Notes under the pieces: generated by a model
Seen by the model: only the letters and a program-made list of their open reading frames with translations
Database searches by the model: none
Told to the model about the DNA's origin: nothing
Source of the DNA: Candidatus Brocadiia bacterium
GTDB lineage: Bacteria > Planctomycetota > B143-G9
Direction: 5' to 3'
Assembly (NCBI GenBank): GCA_041648755.1
Contig: JBAZOJ010000001.1
Coordinates: forward strand, 335 to 64,334
DNA: 64,000 nucleotides
Shown: one piece after another, positions 1-11,000 of the stretch
How the letters are laid out: every line of letters begins with the position of its first letter
How positions within the stretch are numbered: the stretch's first letter is position 1
Position numbers and translations under genes: made by a program

Positions 1-2233
1 CTGAGGAGGGGTCCGGCACATCGAGAGGTCCTGCCACGAGCATTCGCACCGGAATTCCGCACTGAGACTTCAACCTTGCAGGGATAGCCTTATCGTCGCT
101 CTTGGCTGCGAGGTCAAGAGCTGAAAGCAATGCCATTTGCCGATAAAACGATGTCGGGTTCTCGGTGCCGATAGTTGTTGCAAGGCGTTCGAGAGCATCC
201 CTCCCGACAAAGGAGGCATAGTTCAGTTCCTCCTGGTAAAGGTTGAGTTCATCCTGAAGTACAGCCTGTACTCCGGGTTCCAGCGGCACGCCAGCGTCAC
301 GATACCAATCGTACACGGCAGCGCCAAAGTAGGGCTCCAAGGCCTTGAGATAGTGGCGGAACCACTGCTGGGTATTCTGATGCTTGATCGGAAAATGCTG
401 GATATCCCAGAGACCCTTGCGCAACTTCGCCCAGTCAAGATGACCGTCAACGGCGAGGACTTTTGTCAGAGGAAGAAGGAACATGCCTGCCGAAGGAGAG
501 TAACCTGGCATGTCCTCGATAGGGATGCGATGGCTGGTGAACGCTGACGCGAAATCGCTGATTGCATTGGCCTTGCGAGGAGCGAAACCGCTTCTCGAAA
601 AAAGGTCCTGAACGATGATAGACGCGATATCAGCAATTCCCTCATTCAGCCCTGGGATAGGAAACTCGATGTCAGCCAGGCAATGGCCCAACTCGTGAAA
701 ATACAGGTGTTGGTCTATCTGAAGGGCGGCCGGGTTATCCTTCGTGAATTTGAAGGAGATAAGGATGGTGTTGTCGCCGCCCTGGCCGCCACCGACGCCG
801 TAATACTCCCTGATGAACACGACCACCCGAACGTCCTTGTGAGCTTCACGCGAGCCGAAGAGATCTGATTCGACAAGATGGGCCATGTCGAGGAACTTAA
901 GCGAGGTCTCGGTGATAGATGCGACTGCGGAGCGCGGCCCAAACAGGAGGAAGTGACTGGAGGGCCTTACGATGTGATCGGCGAACAAATCCACGTTGCC
1001 GTATGCGGCAAGTTTCTGCTTTTCTTCTTTGGGAACATCCGAACAAGCCGCATCGGCAGCTTTCAGGAGACCTTCTTCCGCAGCCGCCCGGTCGCCGGTC
1101 GCGAGCCCCGATGAAAGGTACGACAAATATTCGTAATAGAAGCGATAGGCCAGAGCGAAATGTTTCCGGCCGTATGCAGTAGAGGCCAAGCGGAGGAATG
1201 ACTTTTCCCCTTCGGTGCGCCGTGCCTCATCAAGTTCGGCAAACTGACCGGTTTTGATGGAATCGAGGTAGCTCCTGCGTTCATCCTCCTCCGATGCGCC
1301 ATTGTATGGGAGACCATACTTCTCACAGATCTTCCTGGCCATGGATGCCTTGAGAATCTTGCCAGGCCCCGACGTAACCTCAACGGAAGAAAATAATCGC
1401 AGGTGTTCATTCGACTTGAGCGCTGCGATTTTTGCGGACTCTCGAGCATCTGCGTCAGGAGAAGGGGGCTTTTTGAGGCCTTCGAGGAACTTCAGGATAT
1501 TCAACTTGATGTCGTAAGTCGGCGCAAGAGAGTAGGCATCTTCCGCCTTGATGAATGCAGCAAGGGCGTCCTTTGAAGCGAGTGCCTTTGCCTCTTCAAA
1601 CAGAGCGCGGGCAGCTTCGGCATCGTCGTGTTTTGCGAACTCGCCTAAAGGAGGAGTGTACTTATCGCGACTCAAGACGCGAAGAGCGGGAGTGGGGGGT
1701 GGAGATGCGCCAGGGCTTGTCAGGCGGACTGTTGTGAAGGGCAGCTCATCGCGGCACCAGCCAGCGTCGAACAGCAGCTTGATGGTGGCGGATATTCCCA
1801 CCTTTCCGCAGCCGGACGGAGGTTGAACGACGATCTCAAGCGAAACGTCGCGTGCGGAGAAGTCCTTAACGTGGCCGTTGTCCCCTTGTTGGACGCCCTT
1901 GGTTCCGGAAGGTGTGAGATGGATGGAGAAGGCCTGTTGGTCGGGGGCCGCCCCGGAGAAGAACGTGATTTCGCCAGATGCTTCGAGGCTGCCAGCACCT
2001 GTGGAAAACGGTGGGATTGGGAATGCGATTGCAATGGCCAGTGTAGGATTGCCAACCGCAAATGAGACTCGGATGATATCGCCTGCGGCGGCCTTCTTGG
2101 CGTCAATTCCCGAGAAGGTAACATTGCCGGAAGGCTGTTCAACGGAAACCGGCTCGTCTGCAAGAGAGAACGCGCTCCAGACCGTGAGCGCAGCCAGAAG
2201 TAAAGCCACGTATCGCAAGGCAGCCTTCAGCAC
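1..2233 (-). CDS. Secreted HEXXH zinc metallopeptidase (DUF2268-like), partial; the 3' end lies beyond the window start
   Basis: Continuous minus-strand reading frame from a GTG start at about 2233 to position 1 with no stop, which is why it is absent from the ORF track. N-terminus LKAALRYVALLLAALTVWSAFSLADEP resembles a signal peptide. Contains an HELGH motif followed by EG(I)A (FHELGHCLADIEFPIPGLNEGIADIA), typical of gluzincin / DUF2268 peptidases. An in-frame TGA lies just upstream of the GTG. Confidence 0.6.
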   Translation of the reverse strand, partial: MLKAALRYVALLLAALTVWSAFSLADEPVSVEQPSGNVTFSGIDAKKAAAGDIIRVSFAVGNPTLAIAIAFPIPPFSTGAGSLEASGEITFFSGAAPDQQAFSIHLTPSGTKGVQQGDNGHVKDFSARDVSLEIVVQPPSGCGKVGISATIKLLFDAGWCRDELPFTTVRLTSPGASPPPTPALRVLSRDKYTPPLGEFAKHDDAEAARALFEEAKALASKDALAAFIKAEDAYSLAPTYDIKLNILKFLEGLKKPPSPDADARESAKIAALKSNEHLRLFSSVEVTSGPGKILKASMARKICEKYGLPYNGASEEDERRSYLDSIKTGQFAELDEARRTEGEKSFLRLASTAYGRKHFALAYRFYYEYLSYLSSGLATGDRAAAEEGLLKAADAACSDVPKEEKQKLAAYGNVDLFADHIVRPSSHFLLFGPRSAVASITETSLKFLDMAHLVESDLFGSREAHKDVRVVVFIREYYGVGGGQGGDNTILISFKFTKDNPAALQIDQHLYFHELGHCLADIEFPIPGLNEGIADIASIIVQDLFSRSGFAPRKANAISDFASAFTSHRIPIEDMPGYSPSAGMFLLPLTKVLAVDGHLDWAKLRKGLWDIQHFPIKHQNTQQWFRHYLKALEPYFGAAVYDWYRDAGVPLEPGVQAVLQDELNLYQEELNYASFVGRDALERLATTIGTENPTSFYRQMALLSALDLAAKSDDKAIPARLKSQCGIPVRMLVAGPLDVPDPSS

Positions 2234-2310
2234 TGCACTCTCGGCGCGTAGAGGCTCTCAATGGCCCTTTTGGATTGACAGTGTTCTCTCAGAGACATAC
2301 AATCCTCCGG

Positions 2311-3126
2311 ATGCGTACAAGCACGAATCTTCCTCGAAATCTTACCATCCTCTCTTTGCTTGTCGTCGGCTTTTTGCCGCTGCTTTCTGGTTGCAGCGGT
2401 CGCGAGGATATTCCGCGATTTCCTCCAGGCATTGCTCCGGACGACATGGTTCGCCTGATGCATCGGCGAGCCCTGGTTTTTGGTGGAATCGACGCCGAGT
2501 ACGAAGTTCGCGTATCCGCGGGCAAGGGCACTGTCGAGTTCAAGGGGATTGTCGCTGCGGACTTCCCGGAGAGATCACACTTCCAGTTGTCCTATCCAAA
2601 GGAGCCGCCGATACTGGAGTTCATTCTTCAAGGACGGAGCGTTCAGTTCTACTCTCCGGTGGCTCTGAAGCAGTTGTCTTCCACTCTGGATGAGTTAATG
2701 CAGAAACCGTCGCAGCTTGTCGCGATGGCTGAGGCGATGTCATATATCCATGGGGATCTGTCTGACTTCAGCCCCTACGGAATGCAGGTGAGCACAGGGC
2801 TGTTTGTATTTTCCCGGAAGATGGGCGATATCGATGTCAGGGCGCTCGTCGCTCCGGAGACTCTCACACTGAGGAGCCTGCTATATTCCAGCAACGATAC
2901 CGTCCTCTTTTCCATTGAGTACTCGAAGTTCATTACTGTAAATGAAGGAGTGCTGCCACTCGAGATTTCCGCTTCCTCTCCCGAATTCAATGTCAGACTG
3001 TCAACAGGCGGATTCCAGCTTTCCGGCAGACATTCACCAACAGCCTTTTCGTTTCAGTACATCCCCGGAACTGTCTCAGCCGCCAGCCTCGATGACCTTT
3101 TGGACGATGTGACATGGCACGACTGA
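2311..3126 (+). CDS. Hypothetical lipoprotein
   Basis: ATG at 2311 (M13 of track ORF 2275..3126). Signal peptide plus lipobox LLSGC. No recognisable catalytic motifs. Confidence 0.5.
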   Translation: MRTSTNLPRNLTILSLLVVGFLPLLSGCSGREDIPRFPPGIAPDDMVRLMHRRALVFGGIDAEYEVRVSAGKGTVEFKGIVAADFPERSHFQLSYPKEPPILEFILQGRSVQFYSPVALKQLSSTLDELMQKPSQLVAMAEAMSYIHGDLSDFSPYGMQVSTGLFVFSRKMGDIDVRALVAPETLTLRSLLYSSNDTVLFSIEYSKFITVNEGVLPLEISASSPEFNVRLSTGGFQLSGRHSPTAFSFQYIPGTVSAASLDDLLDDVTWHD

Positions 3127-4967
3127 CATCGACGGCCGGTACGGGCGTGGCACGGTTCCATCCACTGTCCGAAAAGACTTCCATTGGCAGGGATCCCGCC
3201 AACACAATAGTCTTGCCGGACGAATCGGTATCCAGGTACCACGCCGAAATCCACCGGCAAGGCTCCTCCTTTTGGGTAATCGATCTTGGCTCATCGAATG
3301 GCACTCTTTACAATGGGAAGAGAGTTGACAGAGCGGAACTGCATTCCGGCGACTACGTAGCGTTTGGGGGCTACCGATTCCTCTTTGAGGATGTAGACAC
3401 TCAGGATCCCCCTGGCGTGCTTCCGAAGACAGTCTTCAAGTCATACACCAGGGAACTGCTTGCCGAAGACATCAAGAAAGAGCGATCGAGGACTCTTGAG
3501 CGCTTCGACGAATTCCTGTCCGCGTGTGATTTGTGCTCTCATCCCAAGTCGAGAAATGACTTTTCGGCGGCAATCTGCACTTCAATAGGAATACTGGTCG
3601 GGGCCGACTATGCCACCGTACTCCTGCGCGATGGAGATGGGGAAGGCTGGTTGGCATTCGACTCCGGCAGCGGCGAGTTTGTCTGCGCGACGAAATCATC
3701 AGTGCCCAAGTCAGTTGTTGAGGCTGCTTGCGCAAAGGGCGAGGGAGTCCTCATCCGTGATCCCAATTCCGATGCCAGATTCAGGAATCGGGCGAGCATT
3801 CTTCGGCACGAAATTGTGACGGTGATTGCCACCCCATTCGGCAGCACAGGACAGGCAGAAGGAGTCCTATACGCACATAGGATGGAGCCGGCGCTCTCAT
3901 TTTCGGAAAGCGACCTGAAACTCTTGTTTGCCCTGTCGCTCCCGGTCAAGAGCGCTTTCGCAAGTATCGAGCAGGGGGAGATAAAAGCGTTCGAGGAACG
4001 CAGAAGAAATTCGGGTGGTGGCGAATACGAAATCGTGGGCAACCATCCTTCGATCGAGCAAGTCCGCAAGATGATCTCCAAACTGGCAGTCTTTGACACG
4101 TCGGTCCTTATTTCAGGCGAAACGGGGTCAGGCAAGGAGTTGGTCGCGCGCGGACTGCACAACCTCTCCCATCGGGCAAGCCACATCTTTGAGGCCGTCA
4201 ACTGCGCAGCCATCTCAGAGTCTCTCGTGGAAAGTGAACTCTTCGGTCACGAAAAGGGGGCCTTTACCGGCGCGGAAGATAGCCGGCCCGGCGCGTTCGA
4301 AGTGGCTGATGAAGGCACTTTGTTCCTTGATGAAGCTGCCGAGTTGACCCCGAAGATCCAGGCGAAGCTGCTGCGCGTGCTCGAAAATGGAGAAATCAAG
4401 AGAGTCGGAGGGAACAAGATCCGACGCGTGAATGTCAGGGTGATTTCGGCCACCAACAAGAATCTGAAGGACTTGGTTGACGCGGGTACATTCCGAGCCG
4501 ACCTGTTTTTCAGGCTCAATGTAACGAACATACCCGTCCCGCCCCTGCGAGAAAGACGGGATGACATCCCTGTCCTCGCCAACCATTTCCTCAGTTCTCT
4601 TTCGGCCAGAATGGGTCGTAAGAGGATGAGATGGTCACAGTCGGCGCTAAGCGCGCTCGAAGCCTATGATTGGCCGGGAAACGTCAGAGAACTTCGCAAT
4701 CTTGTTGAGAGAGCCCTGATTCTCTCCGAGTCTGAGGAAATTGGTGCCCACGATCTGCCAATTTCCCCGAACAAGGGCTCTGTCCCTGTGGCCGAGGAAA
4801 CCGCCCTTCCCGGGCCTCCGGAAGCTGTAACACTGGAAGACGTGGAAAGAGCGCATATACTGGCTGTACTCCAAAGGGCAGACGGCAATAAGAGCCTGGC
4901 CGCCCAACTGTTAGGGATTGACCGCAGTACTCTGTATTCCAAGCTCAAGCAGTACGGAATCGGTTAA
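3114..4967 (+). CDS. Sigma-54-dependent transcriptional activator with an N-terminal FHA domain and a central GAF domain
   Basis: FHA signature (SIGRDP...SRYHAEI...DLGSSNGTLYNGKRV). AAA+ sigma54-interaction motifs (VLISGETGSGKELVARGLH, ESELFGHEKGAFTGA). C-terminal Fis-type HTH (QLLGIDRSTLYSKLKQYGI). Confidence 0.85.
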   Translation: MARLTSTAGTGVARFHPLSEKTSIGRDPANTIVLPDESVSRYHAEIHRQGSSFWVIDLGSSNGTLYNGKRVDRAELHSGDYVAFGGYRFLFEDVDTQDPPGVLPKTVFKSYTRELLAEDIKKERSRTLERFDEFLSACDLCSHPKSRNDFSAAICTSIGILVGADYATVLLRDGDGEGWLAFDSGSGEFVCATKSSVPKSVVEAACAKGEGVLIRDPNSDARFRNRASILRHEIVTVIATPFGSTGQAEGVLYAHRMEPALSFSESDLKLLFALSLPVKSAFASIEQGEIKAFEERRRNSGGGEYEIVGNHPSIEQVRKMISKLAVFDTSVLISGETGSGKELVARGLHNLSHRASHIFEAVNCAAISESLVESELFGHEKGAFTGAEDSRPGAFEVADEGTLFLDEAAELTPKIQAKLLRVLENGEIKRVGGNKIRRVNVRVISATNKNLKDLVDAGTFRADLFFRLNVTNIPVPPLRERRDDIPVLANHFLSSLSARMGRKRMRWSQSALSALEAYDWPGNVRELRNLVERALILSESEEIGAHDLPISPNKGSVPVAEETALPGPPEAVTLEDVERAHILAVLQRADGNKSLAAQLLGIDRSTLYSKLKQYGIG

Positions 4968-4997
4968 CAGACTTAGACCAACCGCAAAGGAGGAACG

Positions 4998-6548
4998 ATG
5001 CTCGTCCCGTACAAACCCGAAGCTTATCTGAATTTTGCAGATCCCGCGTTGAGGGAAAAGATGCTCGCGGCGATCAAGAGTGTCGAGGGGACCCTTGGCA
5101 GGGAATACCCTCTTCTCATCAACGGCAAGCGAGTGATGCCGGGCAAGACGTTCGCATCGCTCAATCCCTCTGCTCATCGCGAGATCGTTGGCCGTGTTGC
5201 CAAAGCGGGCAAGAAGGAAGCTGAACAAGCCATTGCTGCTGCGGATGCGGCTTTCGAGCAGTGGCGAAAGACCTGTCCCAAAATGCGTGCCGAGTACTTA
5301 TTCAAGGCTGCCGCTATCCTGCGCAGGCGCAAACTTGAATTCGCGGCATACCAGGTACTTGAAGTCGGCAAGAGCTGGCCTGAAGCCGACGGTGATGTGG
5401 CAGAGGCCATCGATTTTCTTGAATTCTACGGCAGGCAGATGATCGACTTGGCAAAACCGAGAGAGATAACGAGAATCCCGGGCGAAGACAACGATGCGTT
5501 CTACATCCCCCTTGGCGTTGGTGTAGTGATTCCGCCCTGGAACTTCCCTCTTGCCATTCTGGTTGGCATGGTAACATCAGCGCTGGTGGCGGGAAATACG
5601 GTGGTTCTGAAGCCCGCATCTCCTTCCGCGGTAATCGGTGCGAAGTTCGTAGAAGTACTGGAAGAAATGGACTTGCCCCCGGGTGTAGTCAATTTTGTTC
5701 CGGGTTCGGGCGCGGAAATTGGCGACCTTCTTGTTGACCATCCTCGCACCAGATTCATCTCTTTTACGGGCTCGAAGGAAACCGGTCTTCGCATATTCGA
5801 AAGGGCATCCCGGGTCTCCTCCGGGCAGATATGGCTCAAACGAGTCGTCGCCGAAATGGGCGGCAAGGACGCGATCTTCGTGGACGATAAGGTCTTCGAT
5901 CTGGATGAAGTGGCGAGCGAGACAATCAAGGGCGCCTTCGGCTTCCAGGGGCAGAAATGCAGCGCGTGTTCAAGGATCATCGTCCACAAGAAAGTCTACA
6001 GAGACCTGGTCAAGCGAATTGTCGAGCGTGCGGAGAAGATAAAAGTCGGCGATGTTAGAGATCCTGGCAACTACATGGGTCCTGTCGTTGACAAGAGCGC
6101 ATTCGACAAGATTACCTCGTACATTGAGATCGGGAAGACCGAGGGCAAACTTGCAGTCGGCGGAACCTACGATGACAAGGTTGGCTATTTCGTCAGCCCA
6201 ACCGTTTTCGTTGATGTTCCTCCTACTGCGAGGATCGCGCGTGAGGAGATCTTCGGCCCGGTGCTGACGGTTATTAAGGTCGACTCCTTCGAGGAAGGCA
6301 TGAAGGTCGTGAATAGCACCGAGTACGGCCTGACGGGAGCTTTCTTCTCCGTTCACCGCGACCACATTCAGATTGCCAAACGTGACTTCCATGTAGGAAA
6401 CCTGTACATCAATCGCAGGTGTACCGGCGCGCTGGTCGGCGTACATCCCTTCGGTGGTTTCAACATGTCAGGTACGGATAGCAAGGCCGGTGGCTTTGAC
6501 TACCTGATGCAGTTCACTCAGCAGAAGGTCGTTTCGGAGTATCTCTAA
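4998..6548 (+). CDS. rocA: 1-pyrroline-5-carboxylate (L-glutamate gamma-semialdehyde) dehydrogenase
   Basis: 516 aa aldehyde dehydrogenase. Near-colinear with Bacillus RocA by recall (YPLLINGKRV, KAAAILRRRKLEF, EMGGKDAIFVD, catalytic Cys in GFQGQKCSACSRIIVH, C-terminal NMSGTDSKAGG). AGGAGG RBS upstream. Confidence 0.9.
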   Translation: MLVPYKPEAYLNFADPALREKMLAAIKSVEGTLGREYPLLINGKRVMPGKTFASLNPSAHREIVGRVAKAGKKEAEQAIAAADAAFEQWRKTCPKMRAEYLFKAAAILRRRKLEFAAYQVLEVGKSWPEADGDVAEAIDFLEFYGRQMIDLAKPREITRIPGEDNDAFYIPLGVGVVIPPWNFPLAILVGMVTSALVAGNTVVLKPASPSAVIGAKFVEVLEEMDLPPGVVNFVPGSGAEIGDLLVDHPRTRFISFTGSKETGLRIFERASRVSSGQIWLKRVVAEMGGKDAIFVDDKVFDLDEVASETIKGAFGFQGQKCSACSRIIVHKKVYRDLVKRIVERAEKIKVGDVRDPGNYMGPVVDKSAFDKITSYIEIGKTEGKLAVGGTYDDKVGYFVSPTVFVDVPPTARIAREEIFGPVLTVIKVDSFEEGMKVVNSTEYGLTGAFFSVHRDHIQIAKRDFHVGNLYINRRCTGALVGVHPFGGFNMSGTDSKAGGFDYLMQFTQQKVVSEYL

Positions 6549-6617
6549 CGCAACGGTTGACCCAGAAATGACAACCACGGGGAGGAGCGTTTCCTCCCCG
6601 TCCTTTTCTCAAGGAGA

Positions 6618-8048
6618 ATGATGCGCAAGCCAATTTCCTCCGCTGTCGCCTTGGTGTGCTTGTCCTCACTGCTGCTCTGCAACGCCGCTGGGGAGGCTGC
6701 CAAGGTCTACAAGTGGGAGAAGGCTCGTGTGAAGTATCTTTCGTACCCCGGCAAGGGCGTTATCAACGCTCTCCCCGCCTACCGTCATCTTCCTTCATCA
6801 GAGGAGGACTTTCTCTCGTTCTCCTTCTGCCCGTCAGCGAAGTACAAACTGCAGGGAAATTCTCTCTTGGTAAAGACAAGTGATGAGTGGAGAGAACTCG
6901 TGAAGGGAGCATCAGTTGACATTCCACTCGATTTCCCTGATGGTTCGAAGAAGCGGGTAGCATTCGAGATCTTCCCCCCGGACGACCCAGACCATTTCTC
7001 GACGAATCTTGACAAGATTCAGTGGAAGATACGGAACCCCACGATTCTCGGATTCACGATGGGCGAGTCGGAGTTCATCGTGCTTGACACCGATGCGAAC
7101 GGGAGCTTTGGCGATTTGGGTGTGGACAAGCTATCTTTGGTTTCGCACGACGCGATAGGGAAGGGCACCGTTGACGTTTCGTCCATGAAGTTCGTGACAT
7201 TCGACGGATGGGTTGAGGTTGGGACGGCAAAGTACTTCCTTGACTATTCCAATGGTGGGGTGTCATTCTGCCGTATGCCGGACGCGTATGTGTCCGATGT
7301 GGGCAGGTCACTGGGATATCTCAATGACATCAGAAGGCAGTGCGGGTCTCCGGCAGTACTTCCTGATCCGGATCTGTCGGATGCCCTCCTGAAGCACTGC
7401 AACTACTGTACCCAGGGCAAAGTAGTGAGAGACGAGGATCCAAAGTCGTACTTCTACGATGCCGTCGCGGCAAGAGCTGCGCGAAACAGCTTCGTTTCGC
7501 AGGCCTTTAACGCTTGTTCAGGCATGTATGCAGCCCTATCCACACTGTATTCGCGCAACATGCTGCTCTCGCCGAAAATCCGCTCCATCGGCATTGCCCT
7601 GGATCGTAACATATTCTGCGTTGGGGGACAGAAAGCAGCTTTTGATGACAAGTTCATCAGATGCTATCCCAGTCCCGGACAAAGACGTGTTCAACTGCGT
7701 TTCTCCACCGACGAGCCTTCGCCTCTGAAGAAAGGGACCGAGTCATTCTCGGGCACTTTTGTCGTTCTTGGTGGAGTGCCTCCAACTGCTGTGGTGATCA
7801 GCGCTGAAATTTCTCAAGTCAAGGCAACGGCTCCGATGAAAGTCTCCTGTTCATCCCCAACCGACATTCCGAATGACGATGTCCAGGCAATCTGGCCAGA
7901 CAACAAGTTAGGCATTGCCATCATCCCCGACGAGGTCCTCAAACTTGGCAACTGCTATCGCGCCAAGGTTCAGTACAAGGATAACCCGATGGCGACGCCA
8001 AGGGAATTCGAGTGGTTTTTCTACACGGAGGAAGTGCCATTCAAATGA
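6618..8048 (+). CDS. Secreted hypothetical protein
   Basis: AGGAGA RBS. N-terminal signal peptide (MMRKPISSAVALVCLSSLLLCNAAGEA). No recognisable domains. Its stop overlaps the start of the next gene (8045). Confidence 0.5.
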   Translation: MMRKPISSAVALVCLSSLLLCNAAGEAAKVYKWEKARVKYLSYPGKGVINALPAYRHLPSSEEDFLSFSFCPSAKYKLQGNSLLVKTSDEWRELVKGASVDIPLDFPDGSKKRVAFEIFPPDDPDHFSTNLDKIQWKIRNPTILGFTMGESEFIVLDTDANGSFGDLGVDKLSLVSHDAIGKGTVDVSSMKFVTFDGWVEVGTAKYFLDYSNGGVSFCRMPDAYVSDVGRSLGYLNDIRRQCGSPAVLPDPDLSDALLKHCNYCTQGKVVRDEDPKSYFYDAVAARAARNSFVSQAFNACSGMYAALSTLYSRNMLLSPKIRSIGIALDRNIFCVGGQKAAFDDKFIRCYPSPGQRRVQLRFSTDEPSPLKKGTESFSGTFVVLGGVPPTAVVISAEISQVKATAPMKVSCSSPTDIPNDDVQAIWPDNKLGIAIIPDEVLKLGNCYRAKVQYKDNPMATPREFEWFFYTEEVPFK

Positions 8049-11000
8049 GATGTCGTCGTCGGTCGAAACATCTGTTGCTGGCATTCCTGGCAATTGCTAT
8101 CGCGCTTTTCTCATTGTCTTTGCCGAAGGGGCATGACGAAACCGAAAAGGGAGCCAAAAGAGCAGATATCCCAAGAAATGCCACCGCTTTGACACTCGTC
8201 GCTGCGCGCAATGACGATTCGAGACCACGGCTGGCCCCAGGGGCGGAGTTGCAGCCCGTGCTTTCTTCCCGCGTTACGGGTTCTCCCCATCAAGCCGGAT
8301 CGATTCCCCGTGAACAGGCTGACAACCATCGCGGGATGAGCCGGAAGGAAGTCTCGGACGAGGTTGCGGAGATTGCGGCTCAACTGGAGTCGCTAAGCTT
8401 GGGGAACGTCAAGTTGGAGAATTGCCTTTCCGATCTGGCCATCCGATGCAGGATGTTCTACGCAGAGCTTCCCGCTCGAGCGAGGAGAATTGCCGACCAG
8501 ATTCTCCTGCGACCAACCACCAATCCCGACTACTTCGAAGGCGTCAATATCGCGTATCCTCAGGGCACCACTGAATTGACCTTGGATAAGGGCGGATTCC
8601 GCGTTCACTACATCGCCACCGGTGCACAAGCCGCTACAGCCGAATATGCCGCGAAGACCTCAGATGTCATGCCCGTTATCAGGGCCGCCATTAACGAGAC
8701 CATGTCGTTTGTCGCACCTCCGGGAGATGGCATCGAGGGAGGCGGGCAGGATTTGTACGATGTCTACATTTCATCTCTTCCATCCGGAATTGCCGGATTT
8801 TGTTCTGCGAGCGGGAAGACCGGAGAGGCATGGAGTTCGTACATTGTGATCGACAATGGGCTATCTCTGCAGGATTCGAGTCGGGTTACTTCCTTGTCCA
8901 CGACATTGGCCCATGAGTATTTTCACTCATGCCAGTACGCTTATGACGTTTCCGAGCGAACTTGGTGGAAAGAAGCCACAGCCACTTGGGCTCAGGACAA
9001 GGTGTTCCCTGACGTGAAGGACTATGTCCTCCTTGTTAGCGAGAGATTTGCGAAGCCGCAGACTCCGCTTGATTCCACAGTCGGGAATAACGAATACGCC
9101 TCGGTTCTCTTTGCGAAATTCCTTGAGGAATACAACCAGAATAACGATGTTATTCGCATTTGCTGGGAGAAGATGGCCGCCAACAGGGAGGATCTTGTCC
9201 CCGAGAACACGCTTCCTGCAATCAAGGATGCACTTGCGAGCATAGGTAGCTCCTTCGAACTCCTCTTCCCCATCTATGGGGTTTGGCTGTACAGGAAAGG
9301 ATACTTCGCCGATAGTACCTTCTATCCTGATTGCGCGACCAACGGCCGCTACTCCAGCTACCCCGTCGCGCTTACCTCAGACGGTCTGTCGGCCGGGAAC
9401 CTTGGCCATCTCTCCTTCCACATTCTTGAATTTGCCGCGGATGCAAGCTCAAACCTGCTTTCCGTCGCCTTCGACGGAGCAGATGGATTCCCATTCTCCG
9501 TGGCAGTTCTCTCAGTCGGCACAACCACTTCTTCGGACAGCCTCACTTCCGTAATGCTTAACGGTGCCCAGTCCGGGCAATTGACTCTGGGTGACATGCG
9601 TACAAAGTACTCGCGAATATGCGTGGTCGTAGCGAACACGAGCCCGTATGCGGGAGGGGCATCCTATGGACTTTCAGTGGCGGCAGCGCTGCCCGGCACA
9701 TTCGCGTTCGATCGGTCTGCTATCACCCTGACCGGGTCAGAAGGAAGTGACTCTCCATCTGGCTCGCTGGGTCTCTCGAACACAGGAGAAGGCATCCTGT
9801 TTTGGTCATCCACAAGTGATTCGAGTTGGCTGAAGGTTGTTCCTGCATCCGGTTCCATCGCGCCTTTCTCGCAAGGGACATTGTCTGTCACGGCAGAGGT
9901 AACGGGACTTCTACCGTCAAATTCCCCGTTTCTCGGGAAACTGACTTTCACCTCGACAAATGCCTCCAACTCACCTCAGCAGATCCAGGTAACTCTAATA
10001 CTGCTGTACAGCGCTCCATACCTCCGGTGCGACAAAACCGAACTGAGTTTCATCGCCCTTCAGGGGAAGTCCCCGCCACCTGAACAGAAGGTAGTTCTCA
10101 AGAATGAGGGCGACGGTCCCCTGCACTGGAACGCAGATCCCACAATGAACTGGATGCGTGCCGCTCCTTCCGGGGGGACGCTTGGCAAACAAGAGACGGT
10201 GGAAATCTCGGTTACAACCCTTTCCAACAGCCTTCCGACATCGCCGAACCCATACACTGGCGTGATTATTCTGTCTTCCAAGGAAGCGGCCAACTCGCCA
10301 CTTTCCCTTACAGTCAACCTGATTGTGCTTCCCCCAAATGCCGTCGCGCCTGTTCTGGACACATGGGGTCACGTCGTTCTGTACGAGCCCTTCCAGTGGT
10401 ATGACATCGCTGTTCCTGAACTTGACATCACGGGGTACTTCAGCGATGCCGATAACGGAAGCGCAGCCTTCTACATGCCTATCGAGATGAGCTTCTTCGG
10501 CAGAAAGCTTGTTCGCGAGGATCTGTTCTACATTTCCACAAATGGGGTCTTTTCCTTTAGTCCCCCCGGAATCAGTTCGCCGGAAAACTTGCTCTTGCCT
10601 ACCGTGTCGCTGCCAAGCGACCTGGTCGCGGCCTTCTGGACCGATTTCGATCTGAACGTCAGCGGAAATGTGTATGCAAGGGCATTCGAGACGGAGGGAG
10701 TGCGTACCCACTTCATCGTCCAGTTCGATGGGCTCTTCCGCAAAGACGGAACAGGCCCCTTTTCCATGCAGATTGTCTTCCAGAGCGGTGGAGACATTAT
10801 CCTTCGCTACAACTCTGATTTCAGGCTTGCTTCGCGCGGGACTATCGGGCTCCAGAACGCTTCGGGTTCTGACGGCCTGTCGGTTTCATTCGATGCCCCG
10901 GCGGGATTTCCCACTGCGGGAACTTCGCTTCGCGTAACCACCCGGGGGCAACTGCCGGTCCTCACAACCATGCCGCGTGCAAGCTACGTAAGCGTTGCTG

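Noticed and set aside
1720-2163. 147-aa minus ORF and 1878..2693 plus ORF near the window start
   Set aside because: Both are out-of-frame relative to the long stop-free minus-strand HEXXH peptidase frame (1..2233). Their products are Pro/Ser/Arg-rich nonsense.
4890-4997. Possible sigma54 -24/-12 promoter (TGGCCG-N5-CTGTTA) for rocA inside the 3' end of the activator gene
   Set aside because: Poor match to TGGCAC-N5-TTGCW, and its spacing to the rocA ATG is not evaluable by eye. I am not confident it is real.
9995-10711. 238-aa minus-strand ORF, plus similar long antisense ORFs (e.g. 3608..4213, 5970..6446, 11934..12644, 17732..18322, 18171..18884, 20609..21130, 21452..22120, 32382..32927, 35083..35799, 40654..41196, 50857..51910, 57889..58500)
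   Set aside because: Each lies entirely inside a well-supported gene on the opposite strand and shares its wobble positions (typical high-GC shadow ORFs). Their compositions are low-complexity S/R/P-rich with no recognisable motifs.
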